Under the pieces are notes generated by a model. The model had not been told where the DNA came from. It worked only from the letters and a program-made list of their open reading frames with translations, and made no database searches. Of a stretch of DNA of 64,000 bases, positions 1 through 15,345 are shown piece after piece. The translations under genes and the position numbers were made by a program. The stretch's first letter is position 1; the number at the start of each line of letters is the position of its first letter. The DNA is from the human T2T-CHM13v2.0 reference genome, Homo sapiens. Location: assembly GCF_009914755.1 (NCBI RefSeq), contig NC_060939.1, one strand, 5' to 3'.

Positions 1-2074
1 TATTTGGTGTGGGGAATGTTGCCAAGGAAGCTGATATATTTTGAGATGGCTCACGGACAGTATGATGGCTCCACAGAGTGGAGGGGTAATATATTGGTGG
101 CTGCCTGCTCTAAATTTTGAAACTCCTGTGTTTATCTTGACTTAATGAAGTGTGCTATTGTTTAAAATATTCTGTGTTCTATGGAAGCGATATTGAGTCT
201 GGTCTCCCATTCCAATATTTTTGTTCTCTGTAACTTTATTTGGATCTGTTGCAACTTCTTGCTCTGTGTGTGTATGTGCCTGTGTGCATGTTGCGTCAGG
301 GAGTTACAATGAGGGTATACTTAGAATTGTTGGCTAAAAAGGTTGTGTATAAAAATAAAGGTTGTGTATCTGTGAGCATCATGTTTTCTAAGAGATAAAA
401 CCCTTTATTGTGTTACTTTTTCAGAATATGCTTTCTGAGAAAGTAGAAAAGAAGTATCTCATTTTGCAGAGAAAGACCTGGACTCACAGAAATGTGAGGT
501 GGTCAGCTGAGCGCCATGCCATGAATCAATACAGCCCCTGAATTAGTGGTGAAGATTTCTAATCATTGATATAATGCTCTGTGAAAATACAGGCATGGTG
601 AAAAAGAAGTTTCACTGTTTTTCCAATTTATGAAAGTGCTTTTAGAGTATCATTAAATCTACTTTATGGTTATTTATTGCAATACATGTTTATTTTCCTT
701 TGAAATGCACTTAATCATACCCTAATCTCCTTGCTATAATTTTTCCATGGAAAGAAAATAACGTTTCAGTTAATGTAATTTCAATATGCTGGGATCTCAG
801 TCTCCTGTTTCAGGTGCCTCGGGATGCAGGAGACCAGGCCAGGGACTTGTTCCTTCCTGGGTACAGATCACCACAGTTTAGAATTGTCAAATTCTTTGCT
901 GAAAACTCCAAGTAACTTAAATTCTTTCCCTTAGGTTTTTTTTTTTTTTCTGGGCAAATGCTTTTTAGTCAATCCTAGGATTCTATTCTAAGAGGTCGTT
1001 TCTCAAGTTTCCTTAAGCTGTAACCCTCTCCAAACCCCAATTTTAACTCTAGTTCTTCAATCTCTCATCCCTCTTCCATGATGATTTGCCATCTTTTTCT
1101 CTGGGGAGAAGACACACATATAGAAATGAGCAAAGAGCTTTAAATACTAGCTGCCCAAGAGATGCTTAGCCTCCTGTTCCAGCCACTGGAGTTGAGGGGT
1201 GGAGGCACGTGATGTCACGGAAAGGGAATGCTCGCTAGTCTTCAAGCAGTCCCCTAAGGTAAGGCTGGAGGAAGGAGGTGGTGAAGAGGGCTCCTGAGTT
1301 CCTTCATTTGACGGCGCTGATCATACAGGTACAGGTGGAACAGTAAGCTCAGAGCCATTCCTTAGACCTAGAGACTGGCCTTTTCACCTATATAAAATAA
1401 TACTGTGTAATATTATTTCAAGTAGAGGTAGGAAAATAACCCTTAGGATTTAGTACCCTCGGCCTGGTGGGCGAGCAGAAATAAAAGTTAATTCCAAACA
1501 AAGACTTTAACTACCACAATTCTGCCCATGTTTCCCTCCAGGGATCTTTGATCTCAGGCTGAATGGAGGAAGAAGAGCTTTTCTAGTTGACGCCTGTCAC
1601 AGAGATCTGATGAAGTCAATGTAAATGAGTCCGCAGAAGCTTGATAGCCTATAGAAGTCCTTGAAAATCCCGAATGGCACGAGAAGGTTGAAAACTAGTC
1701 AAGATGCTGATATCTTCAAGAAGTTAAATATAACCTAAAAAAATTATTTGTCACAGAATAAGGTTGGTTTAAAAAATTGTAAAGGGGAGGAGAGTGGAGA
1801 TTCAAGCCTAGAGAGGAAGGCTGAATAAGAAGAAAGTAATTGTGAAGTCAACTGTAAAATATTTCCTGGGTCTCACCTGGTAAATCCACACGGGCTTCCT
1901 GAAAGAGGAAGGCTAGAGTTACTTTTGAGTTGCCTTTCAAATGATAAGCAGGGTCCTTGAGTAAACAGGAAATGAAAGACTCGAGAGAGTAGCTGAGGAA
2001 GGATGCAGAAGTGAAAAGGAGAGGGGAGCCATCAGCACCCCAGATTTAATTTGATGGAGAATTTTCTCTATTTG

Positions 2075-2215
2075 TTTATGTGTGTGCCCGTCTTTATTAG
2101 ACTGTCTGTTTGCCTTTCAAGGGCTGGGACTGTGCCTCATTCACCTTCATATTCTAGTATAATGCAAGCTTAGGAAATTATTGTCTAAATACATACACTC
2201 AGACATAAATGGATG
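2075..2215 (+). mobile_element. L2 3' end fragment
   Basis: ttagactgt...aagggctgggactgtgcctcattcacctt. Confidence 0.5.
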
Positions 2216-4727
2216 AGAGTAAGAATAAAGGCATAAGTGGTGGTATTTAGCAGCAGCCTTGGCTGTGAGCTTAAGACTGTTTTTTGTGACCTGCCATCTT
2301 CCTTTGCGCAACAACACAGCTCATGATGATGTTCCAGAGCATTTTGCCACCAGAAAATGAGGCTTGCTTTTGGTCTTTTGAAGGAAGACTGCAGTGAACA
2401 GTTAAATTGACTTTAAATTTAGCAGCATTGGGCAAGAATAGAAATGTTCTAATCCTGTCTCCTCCTACGGAATGTGAATTGTGGTCAAAGTAATATGTTT
2501 TTGCCTTCTGTGATTTCGATCAAATTTCATAGGCCAGACAGGGCGTAGGGAGCCAGGCTGCACAGCCACTCTCCCTGGTAAACAGTGTCACACCTCCCTT
2601 GGACAGCCCAGGGTACCATGTGTGCCCTGGCGTTACAGACACCTCACCAGGGCTTGTCTGTTCTCCCTGCCTTGTTTCTCAGCCCAGTGTTCATGTGGAG
2701 TTTGGCTTCCTCTTCTTAGAACTGGGAAAGGCAACGCTGTGCAGGTGTGAGAGGTACATACACATGCGCCCAGAAGATGCTGCCCCAGAAAAACATACCC
2801 AGGGCCTGTATTTGACTCAGAGTTTAAGGTCTTACTTTTCATTAGAAAATAAGATCACTAGCTCTAAAATTTCCACTGGGGAAGACTGGGTTGGCTTAGC
2901 AGGGCAGTGCTATCTGATGGGCAGCTGTATTCTATAAAGTAGATGAGGGAAGATGACAGAATGGCATGTCTGTGGGCAGAAAGCAGAAGGGAAATTGGCT
3001 TCCCTTCATAGGCCACTAAGGAAAGGGTTATCCAGTGGCCTGCTGGATTTGACACTATCTGCCTGCCACATCTGAGCTCAGCATTTTTGCTTTGACACGC
3101 ATGGGTCATTCTACCCATTGAGCTTCAGCAATTCCCTATTACAGATGCTTATTGGCAACAGAATCTTAAGTCCAATAAAGGAGCAAAGAGATTTTACTTT
3201 GGAAGGAAATACTATGGATTCTTCAGTCATTCAGAGGCCTCACCTCCTCCCTTAATGAGTGCTCCCAATGTAAAGGTATAATGACTGGCTAACTAAATGC
3301 TTTGGGGGTATAGGAATGAGGACACACATCTAGAAAAGTGGATTTTAGAAGAAGAAAAGACAGTATAATGAAAACAAGTTTAAGAAAGAGCAAAAATAAA
3401 ATTTGACTTATGTATATCAATTGTGATGAACTGTAATTATGCATTACATGGAACAAGTCTACACAATCAGATAAGAATTCTTCACTAATTTCCTCTTTAT
3501 TTGTCTATGTCATAATCCACACTAGGGAAGAAACAACCTCTACTTTTTAAAAGTCACAAATATTAAGCCTATAAAAATATCAATATCTTATCAAAGTTTA
3601 GCTCAAATTTATACAGGAAAACAAAGGTTCATTCCAACCCACCTAGCTTCTTCTGATGGTTTATTAAGTAGTATTTAAGAAAATTGAGTCTCATATTATC
3701 TGGCCAAAAGATATTTTTCTTGCCTCTGTATTATTAAACAACACTTACTGAGACTATTCATCAGATGTCCAGATTAATCTTGACGGTGAAGAATACATGA
3801 ACTCTATATGCAATCTTAAAAAGGAGTAATATAATATGCTAGTTTTCTCTTTCGTGTCCATTCCTCAAAACTTGATTATTATTAGGTTAGGCTCATCCTT
3901 TACTAATTACCTTTAGTTAAGATTTCTTAGTTTGCAAAAATTATTGAATTTATATTGACTTAACTGAATGAGCATTTGAAAACTGTCTCTCATAGTTCAT
4001 CATGAGTACTGAATTGTTCCTCCTCTTTTTCTTTAAGTTTCTTCTCTTTACTACATATTTTTCCCCAACCAGTTATTTTTGTTGTTGTTATTTGCTTCTT
4101 AAAAATTCTGTGAGGCTTATTTTTAGAATATTTTATAAATCTGGCTATGTCTAAGAATGGCAAACTATGATAATTGATGTACTTAATATTTGCTAACACA
4201 TGTCTATTCCACTGTCAATGAAAAGACTGTGCTTGCTTTGATCAAGAATTAGCCAAAATTTGGAACTCTCAGAAAGCTATTTATTTATTCCAGAACAAAG
4301 CATTTGGTTTGTACTACCATCAAAATATTCTAAGTGGCTAGTTACACTGGTAAAAAAAATAAGATATCTCTTTTGTTCAGGCCTTCAGAATTTTAACATC
4401 ATACAAAATCAATAAAGCTCTTAAATGTAAATCTATGAAGATGAGACACACTGATTTCTTGGCTATTGTTTACTGAGGTGATTAAAAAAAGCCTTGCAGC
4501 CCAAACAGAATTTTATTTTCTCTGTCAATAAGAACAATATACTTCCATGGATAAGTATGTCATCTATGGAAGCATTTCAGATGTCTGTGTTGCAGATGCA
4601 GAAGTTATCTCTTGGGATTTCCCTGCACCACATCACATACTAGACTATCCATTGTAGGAAAAGATGGTTGGGTCGATTATAGGAGTTGTCCTTGGAATCA
4701 ATTCCAAGCGCTCCAGAAACTTACATC

Positions 4728-4805
4728 TATAGGTCTGACTTAATGTAATTCATAATTGTCCCATGTTATAGGTCTGACCTAATGTAATCCATAATTGTCC
4801 CATGT
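4728..4805 (+). repeat. Tandem duplication, 2 x 39 bp (2 mismatches)
   Basis: tataggtctgac(t/c)taatgtaat(t/c)cataattgtcccatgt occurs twice. Confidence 0.95.
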
Positions 4806-5696
4806 TATTTTTTAAAATGTGGCTGATATAGATCTCCTAGAAAAAGGTCACATAATTAGAATTATTTCAGTATTTAATTTACAGGGAAATTCGGGGGTTC
4901 AAAGTAGTCAGGAGATGCTTTAAGTGAAAGACGTTGCCTAAGGCCGTTCTAGTAAGTATGATAACGGTTTGTAAAATCACCATCAGCTACATCGTCATTT
5001 GAAAACAGATTTAAGAAATATATATATACTCAAAGCACTGCACTAAAGGAAAACAGACCAAGACTAGTAATATTAATCCACTGTCATCCAGTTGGCTGGC
5101 CTACCTGCTACAGAAGCTGAGGCTCAGCTGGCCTGCCAATGGGCTTGAGCCCGTGGGGATCTGTGACTGTACCATGACTCACTGACCCTGCAAAAGCCAA
5201 ACTGGCTCCGTTGTCTTTGTCCAGAGTCCTCATTTCAAGGCCTTGGCCTCTCTTGCCTCTTTACCAAGGTAAAAGGCAGCAATAAGTATGAAGAGTCAGA
5301 CAAAAAAAAAAACACCAAGCTATAACCATCCATTTAATATCAAAATTAAACAAAGACTCATTAAAAATTTCAGTATTTAAGCAATTTGGGGAAAAATTGG
5401 CAGAAGAAGGTACATGAGCAAAGAAAGGTGTTTTCAAATAGAAGTTACAGAGCTTATTTTAATATGACCTCAATGATCTTCACATAATTTAACAGGAAAT
5501 TTTATTCTAATTAGTTTGATTGAGCTCTATTTTTTAACAGTTTCTTAAAACTGAGAATTAATGAGCAAGAAAATAAAGTCTGCTCAAGTCTTTGGAACTT
5601 AGGCAATTCTTTCTTTCAAACTAGAGGGAAAGAATTGTTGAGAACAATATAAATCAGCATTTGGGGGATCTTTCGTCTTCCTGTGTTCCTTTATGA

Positions 5697-6174
5697 TGGA
5701 TGTCTCTAACCCCCAGGCCCTACCGGTCTGTGGCCTGTTAGGAACCGGGCTGCACAGCAGCAGGGAGCAACAGGGCAGGCATGTCAGCGAACCTTCATCT
5801 GTATTTACAGCCACCCCACATCACTCACCTTACTGCCTGAGCTCTGCCTCTTGTCAGGTCAGTGGTAGCATTAGAGTCTTATAGGAGCATAAACCCTGTT
5901 GTGAACTGTGCGTGCGAGGGATCTGTCACGATCATCACCCCTAGATGGGACCATCTAGTTGCAGGAAACCAAGCTCAGGGCTCCCACTGATCCTACATTA
6001 TGGTGAGTTGTATAATTATTTCATCATTATATATTACAATGTAATAATAATAGAAATAAAGTGTACAATTAATGTGCTTGAATCATCCTGAAACCATCCC
6101 TGGCTGCCCTGGTGTGTGGAAAAATTGTCTTCTGCAAAACTGGTCTCTGGTGCCAAAAAGTTTTGGGACCACTG
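5697..6174 (+). mobile_element. MER1A hAT-Charlie MITE
   Basis: ggcctgttaggaaccgggctgcacagcag...gatgggaccatctagttgcagg...ggtgccaaaaagttttgggaccactg. 8-bp TSD ctttatga (5689-5696) and ctttataa (6175-6182). Confidence 0.9.
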
Positions 6175-8199
6175 CTTTATAAGACCTTTTACTTACAAGA
6201 AGAGCCTGGTAAGAGTCTTTTTTGTGGACATTAAAAAAGTTTTATTTGTAGAAAATACTTTGTGTGAAACATAAGGAGAAATCTCTGTTCTCTCAAGAGC
6301 TTATTGGGGAAATAGACACGTGTAGTAATAAGGGAGTGAAGGAAGAGGAGTTAATATTAGCAGGGGTCAGAGCAGGAGTGGAAAGGAGGGTTCTATATGA
6401 GTTTGTCCGGAACCAACTTGCAGAATGATCCACTTTCCAAATGACCATTTCAAAAGTAAACAGAATTTACTTTTCTTCTAACTTTTATAGTTAGTTTTAT
6501 TTTACCTTCTTCACTGCCATTTTAGGAATGCTTTATTTCTCTTTCCCAACTCTCTGCTGTAGCTGAATAATGAGGGGGAGAGAGAGAGGTAAAATTGAAG
6601 GGCATATGAGTGTAAAGTTTTGAATATAAGTAATTGACATTAATATCTTCTTCATTAAGTTGTTCATATTTTTAGAAGCTATATTCCCAAGAATTTTTAT
6701 GTTCAAGAGCATGTTCCAAAAATATACTCTTAGTGAATATGTCATGGGTATACCTGTCAAATAAAGATAGATCCTGGGGGCCATGCTCCAAATTAAGTCA
6801 ATCAGAGTTCTTCTCTGGGAACAATACACAGACAGCTGCTGAGCTGAGAGACTATAAATCTGGGACTGACAAAAGCCATTTCTCTTTTCCGTCTACAGAC
6901 TAAAGCCAAACAGGAATAGACAGAAATGGATAAGGGATGGTGAGAGAGAGTCCTTAAGGAAATGAATTTGAGACCCTGGTTCTGGTAGTTAGTATCTACT
7001 TTGATCCTTTGAGTTGACAAGTTCTGGGAAGGGTCTGAGATTTTACTTTGCTTGCAAACTAACAAGTGAACTTGCCACAGTTTCATGGATACTAGTTGAA
7101 GACATGAAACTTGGTTCAGAGACAAAGGATGTTATTACTCACAACAATAGCAGTAGCCAGGGTGCCAGTGCCTCCAGTCCCATTTCCCACATGGTGATGT
7201 ATAGAGGACCGAGAGACACTTGTACTCACAGTGAGTTGCATTACTGAGGAGGAATCCTGATTTTAGGAAATCCAGATTTTTATAATGGGCAGTAACCCTG
7301 TCCGTTATAAGCCTTTCTCTGTTCGAGTGACTGTTCACTATACAAACATCCTTTTAAAAAGTTAGTCATTGCCTCTACTCACAAAAAATTCAGAAACCTG
7401 AGAGAACCACGAAGCATTATCTCCCATCAGAGCTGTGGCTATATTTCTTTTCAGTTGATCTTCCTTAAGCTGGCTGAGCTGTGTTTATGTCACCGCCATC
7501 AAGAATCCTAACCAACACATGCTGTGGTATTAGGTCTTCCCTTTGGAGTGCTCCCTCCTAACCTTATTATGAAAGCAGGGTGATATAGGTTCATTGTACA
7601 CTTTTTGGGGAAAAATATATGAAAAGCAATCACTTTTAAATTATGTGGGGGAGAGGACCTGCATCTAAGTTTCGGATCTGTTCTTGCTTCACAGCAGCTG
7701 ATGACATTCCTTATATTCCTTTTTGGATGGAATGACAAAACACATATTTTGGGTTATATATTGTAAGAGGTATCAGCTGTTGTTCTCAGCTGACCAGTTT
7801 TTATAGACAGAAGATTAAGAAATTGCTGATGGTGTTAGCTAGGATCCCCTGCCCTCAACTTCCAATTGACTTGCCTTCCTTCTTATGAGTTTCTACTCAT
7901 AAGACCTTGCCCTAAGTTTACTGCTAAATAATATCAATAATATGTCATCTGTCATCATGATTTAAGACAAATATCCTGCCAAAGTGTTTATACTAATACG
8001 AAATGCTATAAGAAATTCACAAAGCTTTTAGGAAGGAATCACAAAAAGTACTAACTTGAGACATCATGAGAAGTGCCAGGGAGATACTTAAGAATTAGAG
8101 AAAGCTGCTAAGCATTACCTACATCATACCATATCAGGTGGTTGCTTTAAAGCCATCAGAAATGGTCTATCCCCTAGGGAAAAGAGGTCCTACTTCTGT

Positions 8200-8315
8200 T
8201 CCTGGTGACTATACCATGTGCTCTTGAGGCTCTGTTCCATATCTATATTTCATGTGTCAACACAGTAGCTGACACACAAAGTGTTCTCAGTAACCATGTG
8301 TTTAACCAATGAATT
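8200..8315 (+). mobile_element. L2 3' end fragment
   Basis: acacagtagctgacacacaaagtgttctcagtaaccatgtgtttaaccaatgaat. Confidence 0.55.
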
Positions 8316-8989
8316 AAGACTCTGCAAACAAACTTCCTAAAATAATGTGATCACTCACCCACCTTCTCAGGAAACTGCACAAATCCACGTGGGCAACCAC
8401 TCACAAATAAAATCATCAGGCTCGAATTATTGTTCATGCAAATCGCCATTTAAAAGAAAAAATGGCTAAAAAAGAATTTGCTTACAGGGAGACTTTTCTC
8501 ACTTCCAATAGGATTTCCTAGCAACAAACAGGGGTCCTTTTCCCTTCATTTGTGTGTGGTTGTGCACGCTGTGTTTGCAGTGATGGGGAGAAGTTTGGGG
8601 AGGCGGGGGACTGGAAAGGGTGGCTCATCCTCTCTCCGGAGGCAGCTGCTTTCTCCATTAGCGGCTGGTGCAGACTTCTTCATATCCCTCTGCAGTGGAA
8701 GGGCAAGCAGCTGGAATGTCAAGCCCAGACTTAGTCTGAGAAAATAAACTCCCATCTAAGGACACATGTGAGGTTACTAGTCCTTAACTGCCCTGGAAAC
8801 ATTTCACTCTATGTTTGCCTTTGTATTGGAAAATGTGGGGAATATATATGTCAACTGTTGTTCACTGTGGGCATTTTTCTTCCTCTTCTCTACTGAAAGC
8901 AAGTGTAGCCAGGTCAAAGAGAGAAAGTTACCAGTGAATACTATAGATAATTCATTAAAAGTGTGATTTTAGCTATATTGTGGATAATA

Positions 8990-9590
8990 ACAGTCAGCTT
9001 TTTCACTGTTAGAAAAGGAGATTAAAATTAGGAAAGGAGTAAGGCTAGAATAAATCCTATGGTATTGGATTGGACTTGAAGGTCTCAGTATGAACTCTTG
9101 ATTTTATATACAGAAATAGATATACATATAGTTATTGATACAACTACATGGTATCTATATTTTTTTCTAGATATGTTTATTAAGATAGCCTAGCAGCAAA
9201 AATCAGTATACTTAATGCCCATATTTTTGTTTCTATACATAATTCCTCAAAAAGAACCAGAGGTCCTTGGAGAAATGTTTGATTCCAGGGTTGTGGCATG
9301 GAAGGTATAACATGAGCCTGGAAAAATGTATTGTGTCAGAAATCAGGAAGAACTGAAAGGATGACAGGGAAATGTCAGAAGAATATAGGAGCCAATTTGC
9401 AGGGGCTCTCACTGGCCAAATCTGGGACAATTTGAGCAATAAAATGAGAGACACACAGAGAAATAATCTGAAGAACAAAACAAGTGTGGCAAAATGTTAA
9501 CGTGAGGAATCTGGTTGAAGGGTGTCTGGACATTTTTGGCATTAGTTTTGCAACTCTTTTCAGCATGAAATTATTTCAAAATAAAAAATT
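8990..9590 (+). mobile_element. L1MC (L1MC3/4-like) 3' end fragment
   Basis: agaaccagaggtccttggagaaatg...cactggccaaatctgggacaatttgagca; ttttgcaactctttt...aattatttcaaaataaaaa. Confidence 0.75.
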
Positions 9591-9599
9591 AAACATATG

Positions 9600-9745
9600 T
9601 AAAAACAGTGGTGGGGGAGGGAGATAAATGAAACAAGATGGACAAAATATTGATAATTAGGGTATTAGGTATTTGGGAGGTTATTCTATTATATTCTCTA
9701 CTATTATGTATGATTGAGTCTTGTTCCTAATGAAAAGTAAAAGTA
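9600..9745 (+). mobile_element. L1MC5-like 3' end fragment
   Basis: gataaatgaaacaagatggac...tgataatt...tattatattctctactatt...aatgaaaag. Confidence 0.55.
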
Positions 9746-10433
9746 ATTTTTTAAAACACTCATGCAATTTTAGTTTAAGAAGATCTCTTATTTCTAGCCT
9801 TATGGTATAACCAGCCCTTGTGCATGATTCATGGCAGTCACAACAACCTGTTTTCTCTGCTTCTTGTCTTAAGTCTTCCTTCCACTGCAGTCTATCCCAT
9901 CATTACCAACCAGAAAAGTAGTACCTTTCTCCTTGAAAAGTATATATAAAACATATACCTTTTAATGTTTGATCCCTTCTCTAGCTCATAAATCTTTTAC
10001 TCCCTTCCCATGCCAACAAGAGAAACTTTGAGCTTTCCTTTCTAAGCTTTAAAGGTTCTCTATTATTAGGTTCTGACCTATTTTTGCAACCTCATCTTCC
10101 AAATTCCTGACACGAATATTCTTCTTCATTAAACAGTTCTTTCTTTGTCCTGTCCCAAAGGTCATTTGGGTATTCTCACCTCTAAGTTAGCTGGTCTGAA
10201 AATATGTCTGTAACCCTCCTTTAAAATAAAATCATCACTATCCTTTCTGATGGCTGGTAGGAATGATGGGGTATGGGTTGTTTCAAAGAGTTGGGCTATG
10301 ATCATTCCTCCACCAGAACTGGCTGTTTCTTTTGCGGAATTTCAGCCTGGGAATGGGTTCTTGAGGCTTCTGGAGTCCCTGGTAGGAAGTGGGCTAGATT
10401 GGCCGGTGGCTGTATATATTTTCTCATCACTAA

Positions 10434-10476
10434 TGTGTGTGTGTCTGTGTGTGTGTGTGTGCATGCACATGTGTGT
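10434..10476. repeat. Interrupted (TG)n microsatellite
   Basis: tgtgtgtgtgtctgtgtgtgtgtgtgtgcatgcacatgtgtgt. Confidence 0.85.
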
Positions 10477-10479
10477 CTT

Positions 10480-10518
10480 AGTAATGCCCTATTCTACAGT
10501 AATGCCCTATTCTACAGT
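10480..10518 (+). repeat. Perfect tandem duplication, 2 x 18 bp
   Basis: agtaatgccctattctac x2 plus agt. Confidence 0.95.
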
Positions 10519-11379
10519 GAGCCTTCAGGAAATTTCACTAACTCGAAAACATCTCATATATTCTTCCCCTATTCCCTTAATCTTTACTAAACATTTGTCT
10601 GGTTCTCCCAATTCTCTTCAAAGAGTCTTAGACATATGATGTCACTGGTTAGATTGCACATTGTTAGCATGTAAATTTGTGGGGAGGATCCCCTCTCCCT
10701 CCTTTAATATCCTACAATGCATTCCTTATATCTTTGGCAATAATCTGAATAATATAGAAGTTTATGTTTGTTACCCAAATCATCTATTGTAGTGATTTTC
10801 ACATGTCTCAGAGCAAATGTTTACACAAATAGGTGTTTAAATATTTACTAACTGATCTGCAGAAATGAGATTGTTTATTCATAAGTGCTCTGATCACACT
10901 GCCCTAATGCAAGAGAACTTGGACAACTTGGAAGTAATTAAGTAAAAGGAAAGATATAGAAACCTGCTTAGAAACTCATTTATCTCTTTCCACATTGTTG
11001 ACAACTTCCAAATGCCTGAACACCATGCCTTTTTCAGGATCTCAATACTTACTTTCTGTGCTAATTCCAGTCACCTCTATATTTCAGTTACTGTTAAACC
11101 ATGTCCAAAGTACGTGGATTCTACAGCCAGGTTTTAATAACTTTATATTCCTCCACCTCCCATTCCATAATACATTTTGTAGGTAACTTATCCAACTGCC
11201 AACTGGTTGATCTCTTTACATGCTTAGCCTATCACCCATGGTCACTTTTTAACAGCTTCATGGAAGTCTTCTAAATTCTGATCATTTGTTTTGAATTCTT
11301 ATGGAACACTTATTCTTCATAAGGACAATGGTCTTGTTCTACTCCAGTCTCTTATGCTACATTATCTTAGAATGCCACA

Positions 11380-11465
11380 GTGATAATAACCAGTACTTAT
11401 ATATGCTTGCTATGTGCCAGAGCCTATTCTAAATGCTTTACTTGAATCAATGCATTTAAGTCCAT
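11380..11465 (-). mobile_element. MIR fragment
   Basis: ataataaccagtacttatatatgcttgctatgtgccagagcctattctaaatgcttta. Confidence 0.65.
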
Positions 11466-12269
11466 TTTCATTTTCTTAGTCTTTCATCTGACTATCCTCT
11501 GAGATAAACCTCCTCAGAAATATTTTGGGCAGTCCTGTGACACTCATTTGCCAGAGAGCAAAAGCTAGAATTGGAAATATAATGAGCCAAGTCCGTGGTT
11601 TGGTATGGCAGTCACTGGCGATTAAACAAAGAAAAAAATTAAAGAAATGCTATTTCTATCATAAAAAACAATCTTTTCTGAAGTTCCAAAGAGAAAAACA
11701 ATTATGACACTCCCAAATACTTTGGTGGTTGGAAAGCAGAAAGTAGAAAATGGCTTTTAAAAAATGGGCAAAATACATCTTGCAGCCATATTACCAGTGG
11801 CTTTAAATGGAAAGAATGACAGGCCAACGTGGGTACAGGGCTAGCATTTCATCTCAAAACCTTTTTCAATTCTGTGGTCACAAAACAGTTCCAGAAAAAG
11901 CATCCTCAGAACCTGGTCTAATGCTAAATAAATACTGCACATTTTATGGTTTCAGATCTAGGGCCCAGGAAACACAAGATTAAGCAATGGCAGAAATCTT
12001 GTGGGCTGGAACCTCTGGATTCATTAACTGCACATGCCAGGCCATAGCTCCCAGTGCCCGCCATTAAAAGACATGATTAATGGTAGGTAGAGGCCTCTTA
12101 GAACTGCTCTCCTCTGTGGCCTCTCAAGACTCTCCTTCCCCATCATCGAGGCCTTTGTCTTTATTTTCTCCCTACGGCTCCTGGCCTGTATCTACTTACT
12201 TCACTTCCTTCATATCCTAAAGAGGTGGGATTGAGTCCTCTGCTTTCTTAGCAAATATCCAAATTTCAC

Positions 12270-12430
12270 ACAAGTATGGAAATCTTCATTGAAATTTCTA
12301 CTAACCCTCCTATGCAAGTGACTTTCAAATCATCATTTCAACCTCAAATTCTCTCACAAGCTCTAGTCCTCTTGTCTAACAGAAATTGGACCTCTTCTCT
12401 TGGATTGCATTAAGTCATCCTAAATCATGA
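12270..12430 (+). mobile_element. L2 fragment
   Basis: tatgcaagtgactttcaaatc...ctctcacaagctctagtcc...ggacctcttctcttggat. Confidence 0.5.
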
Positions 12431-12969
12431 AAACAATGGGTACCCTTTTTTCTACCATGAAGCAGGAATTATACTAAGCGCTTTCTTTTTCTTCTCATTA
12501 CTGCTTTTATTTCATTAATGGATGTCTTCACTACAAGGGCATACTTTACTTTTAAATGTGAGAAAGTGATATGAAAAAAAAAATGTTTATTTGAAAATCT
12601 GCTCTGTTCCACAAACTACTTTGACATTGAAAGATCTTTATACACTGTCACTAATCATAGAAACCTAACATGATTTTTGTTGTTGTTGTTGTAATATGTT
12701 GTTGTTTGTTTTTTTCCCTTATGTTTATTTTTATTTATTTATTTATTTTATTATTATTATTATACTTTAAGTTTTAGGGTACATGTGCACAATGTGCAGG
12801 TTAGTTACATATGTATACATGTGCCATGCTGTGTGCTGCACCCATTAACTCGTCATTTAGCATTAGGTATATCTCCTAATGCTATCCCTCCCCCCTCCCC
12901 CTTCCACCCACCCCACAACAGTACCCAGAGTGTGATGTTCCCCTTCCTGTGTCCATGTGTTCTCATTGT

Positions 12970-14651
<1,682 letters not shown>

Positions 14652-15345
14652 TCATTTGCCTGTTGTCAGTGCTATGAATTATCTGAGCCCTGGTGACAGT
14701 CCAGCTGTTGTTGTCTCTCTGAGACTGGGGTTTCTGGAAGTGGTAAAATGGAAAGAAGAAGTTTCTCTCCAGAAGTCTGGAAGCAAAGGAGGTAGCATGT
14801 TGGGAAACTAGACCTTTGTAGGGGTAGGAGTTATGGTACTATCAGGAATAGGAGATTTTTCATCGTCTTCTCTAGGAATCACCCATCAGGATGAGGTAGT
14901 CCTGGCTGGCAGTGTTTGTTACCTTGAGAGCAGCCAGTGTTAGCAGAACCACTGGCCTCTTCAGGGCTGTGTCTAGTAATCATGATATGAAATTCTGCCC
15001 TGTTTCAAAGGAGATGCGCTTAGCTTGGCCAGCTGTCTGCCTTCCTCAGGTGAATATGAAATGCATGGTCTTTGTTGCAGGTTCTTCTATAGAGGGAGGA
15101 AGCTGGTCTTATCTGTCAGAATCTGCTGTCTCTCACCTAAATAAAAGAACTCAGGAAAGCCCCACCCCTGCTCATTCAGTATGCCATGTCCCTTTCTTTT
15201 CTTTTCCACCCAAAGAGCCACTGTCAGCCCACATGGCTAGATTATCAACACTGTTTCCTAGGTAGTCTTCGTAACCTCAACCTCCTCCCCATTCTAAATC
15301 ACTTTATATGCCAGAGTCAGATATCTCTCCTTTCTTCATTCCAGT

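Noticed and set aside
10250-10639. 129-aa ORF with hydrophobic, Cys-rich stretch
   Set aside because: The CVCVC run comes from (TG)n and the VMPYST repeat from the 18-bp duplication. No coding signature.
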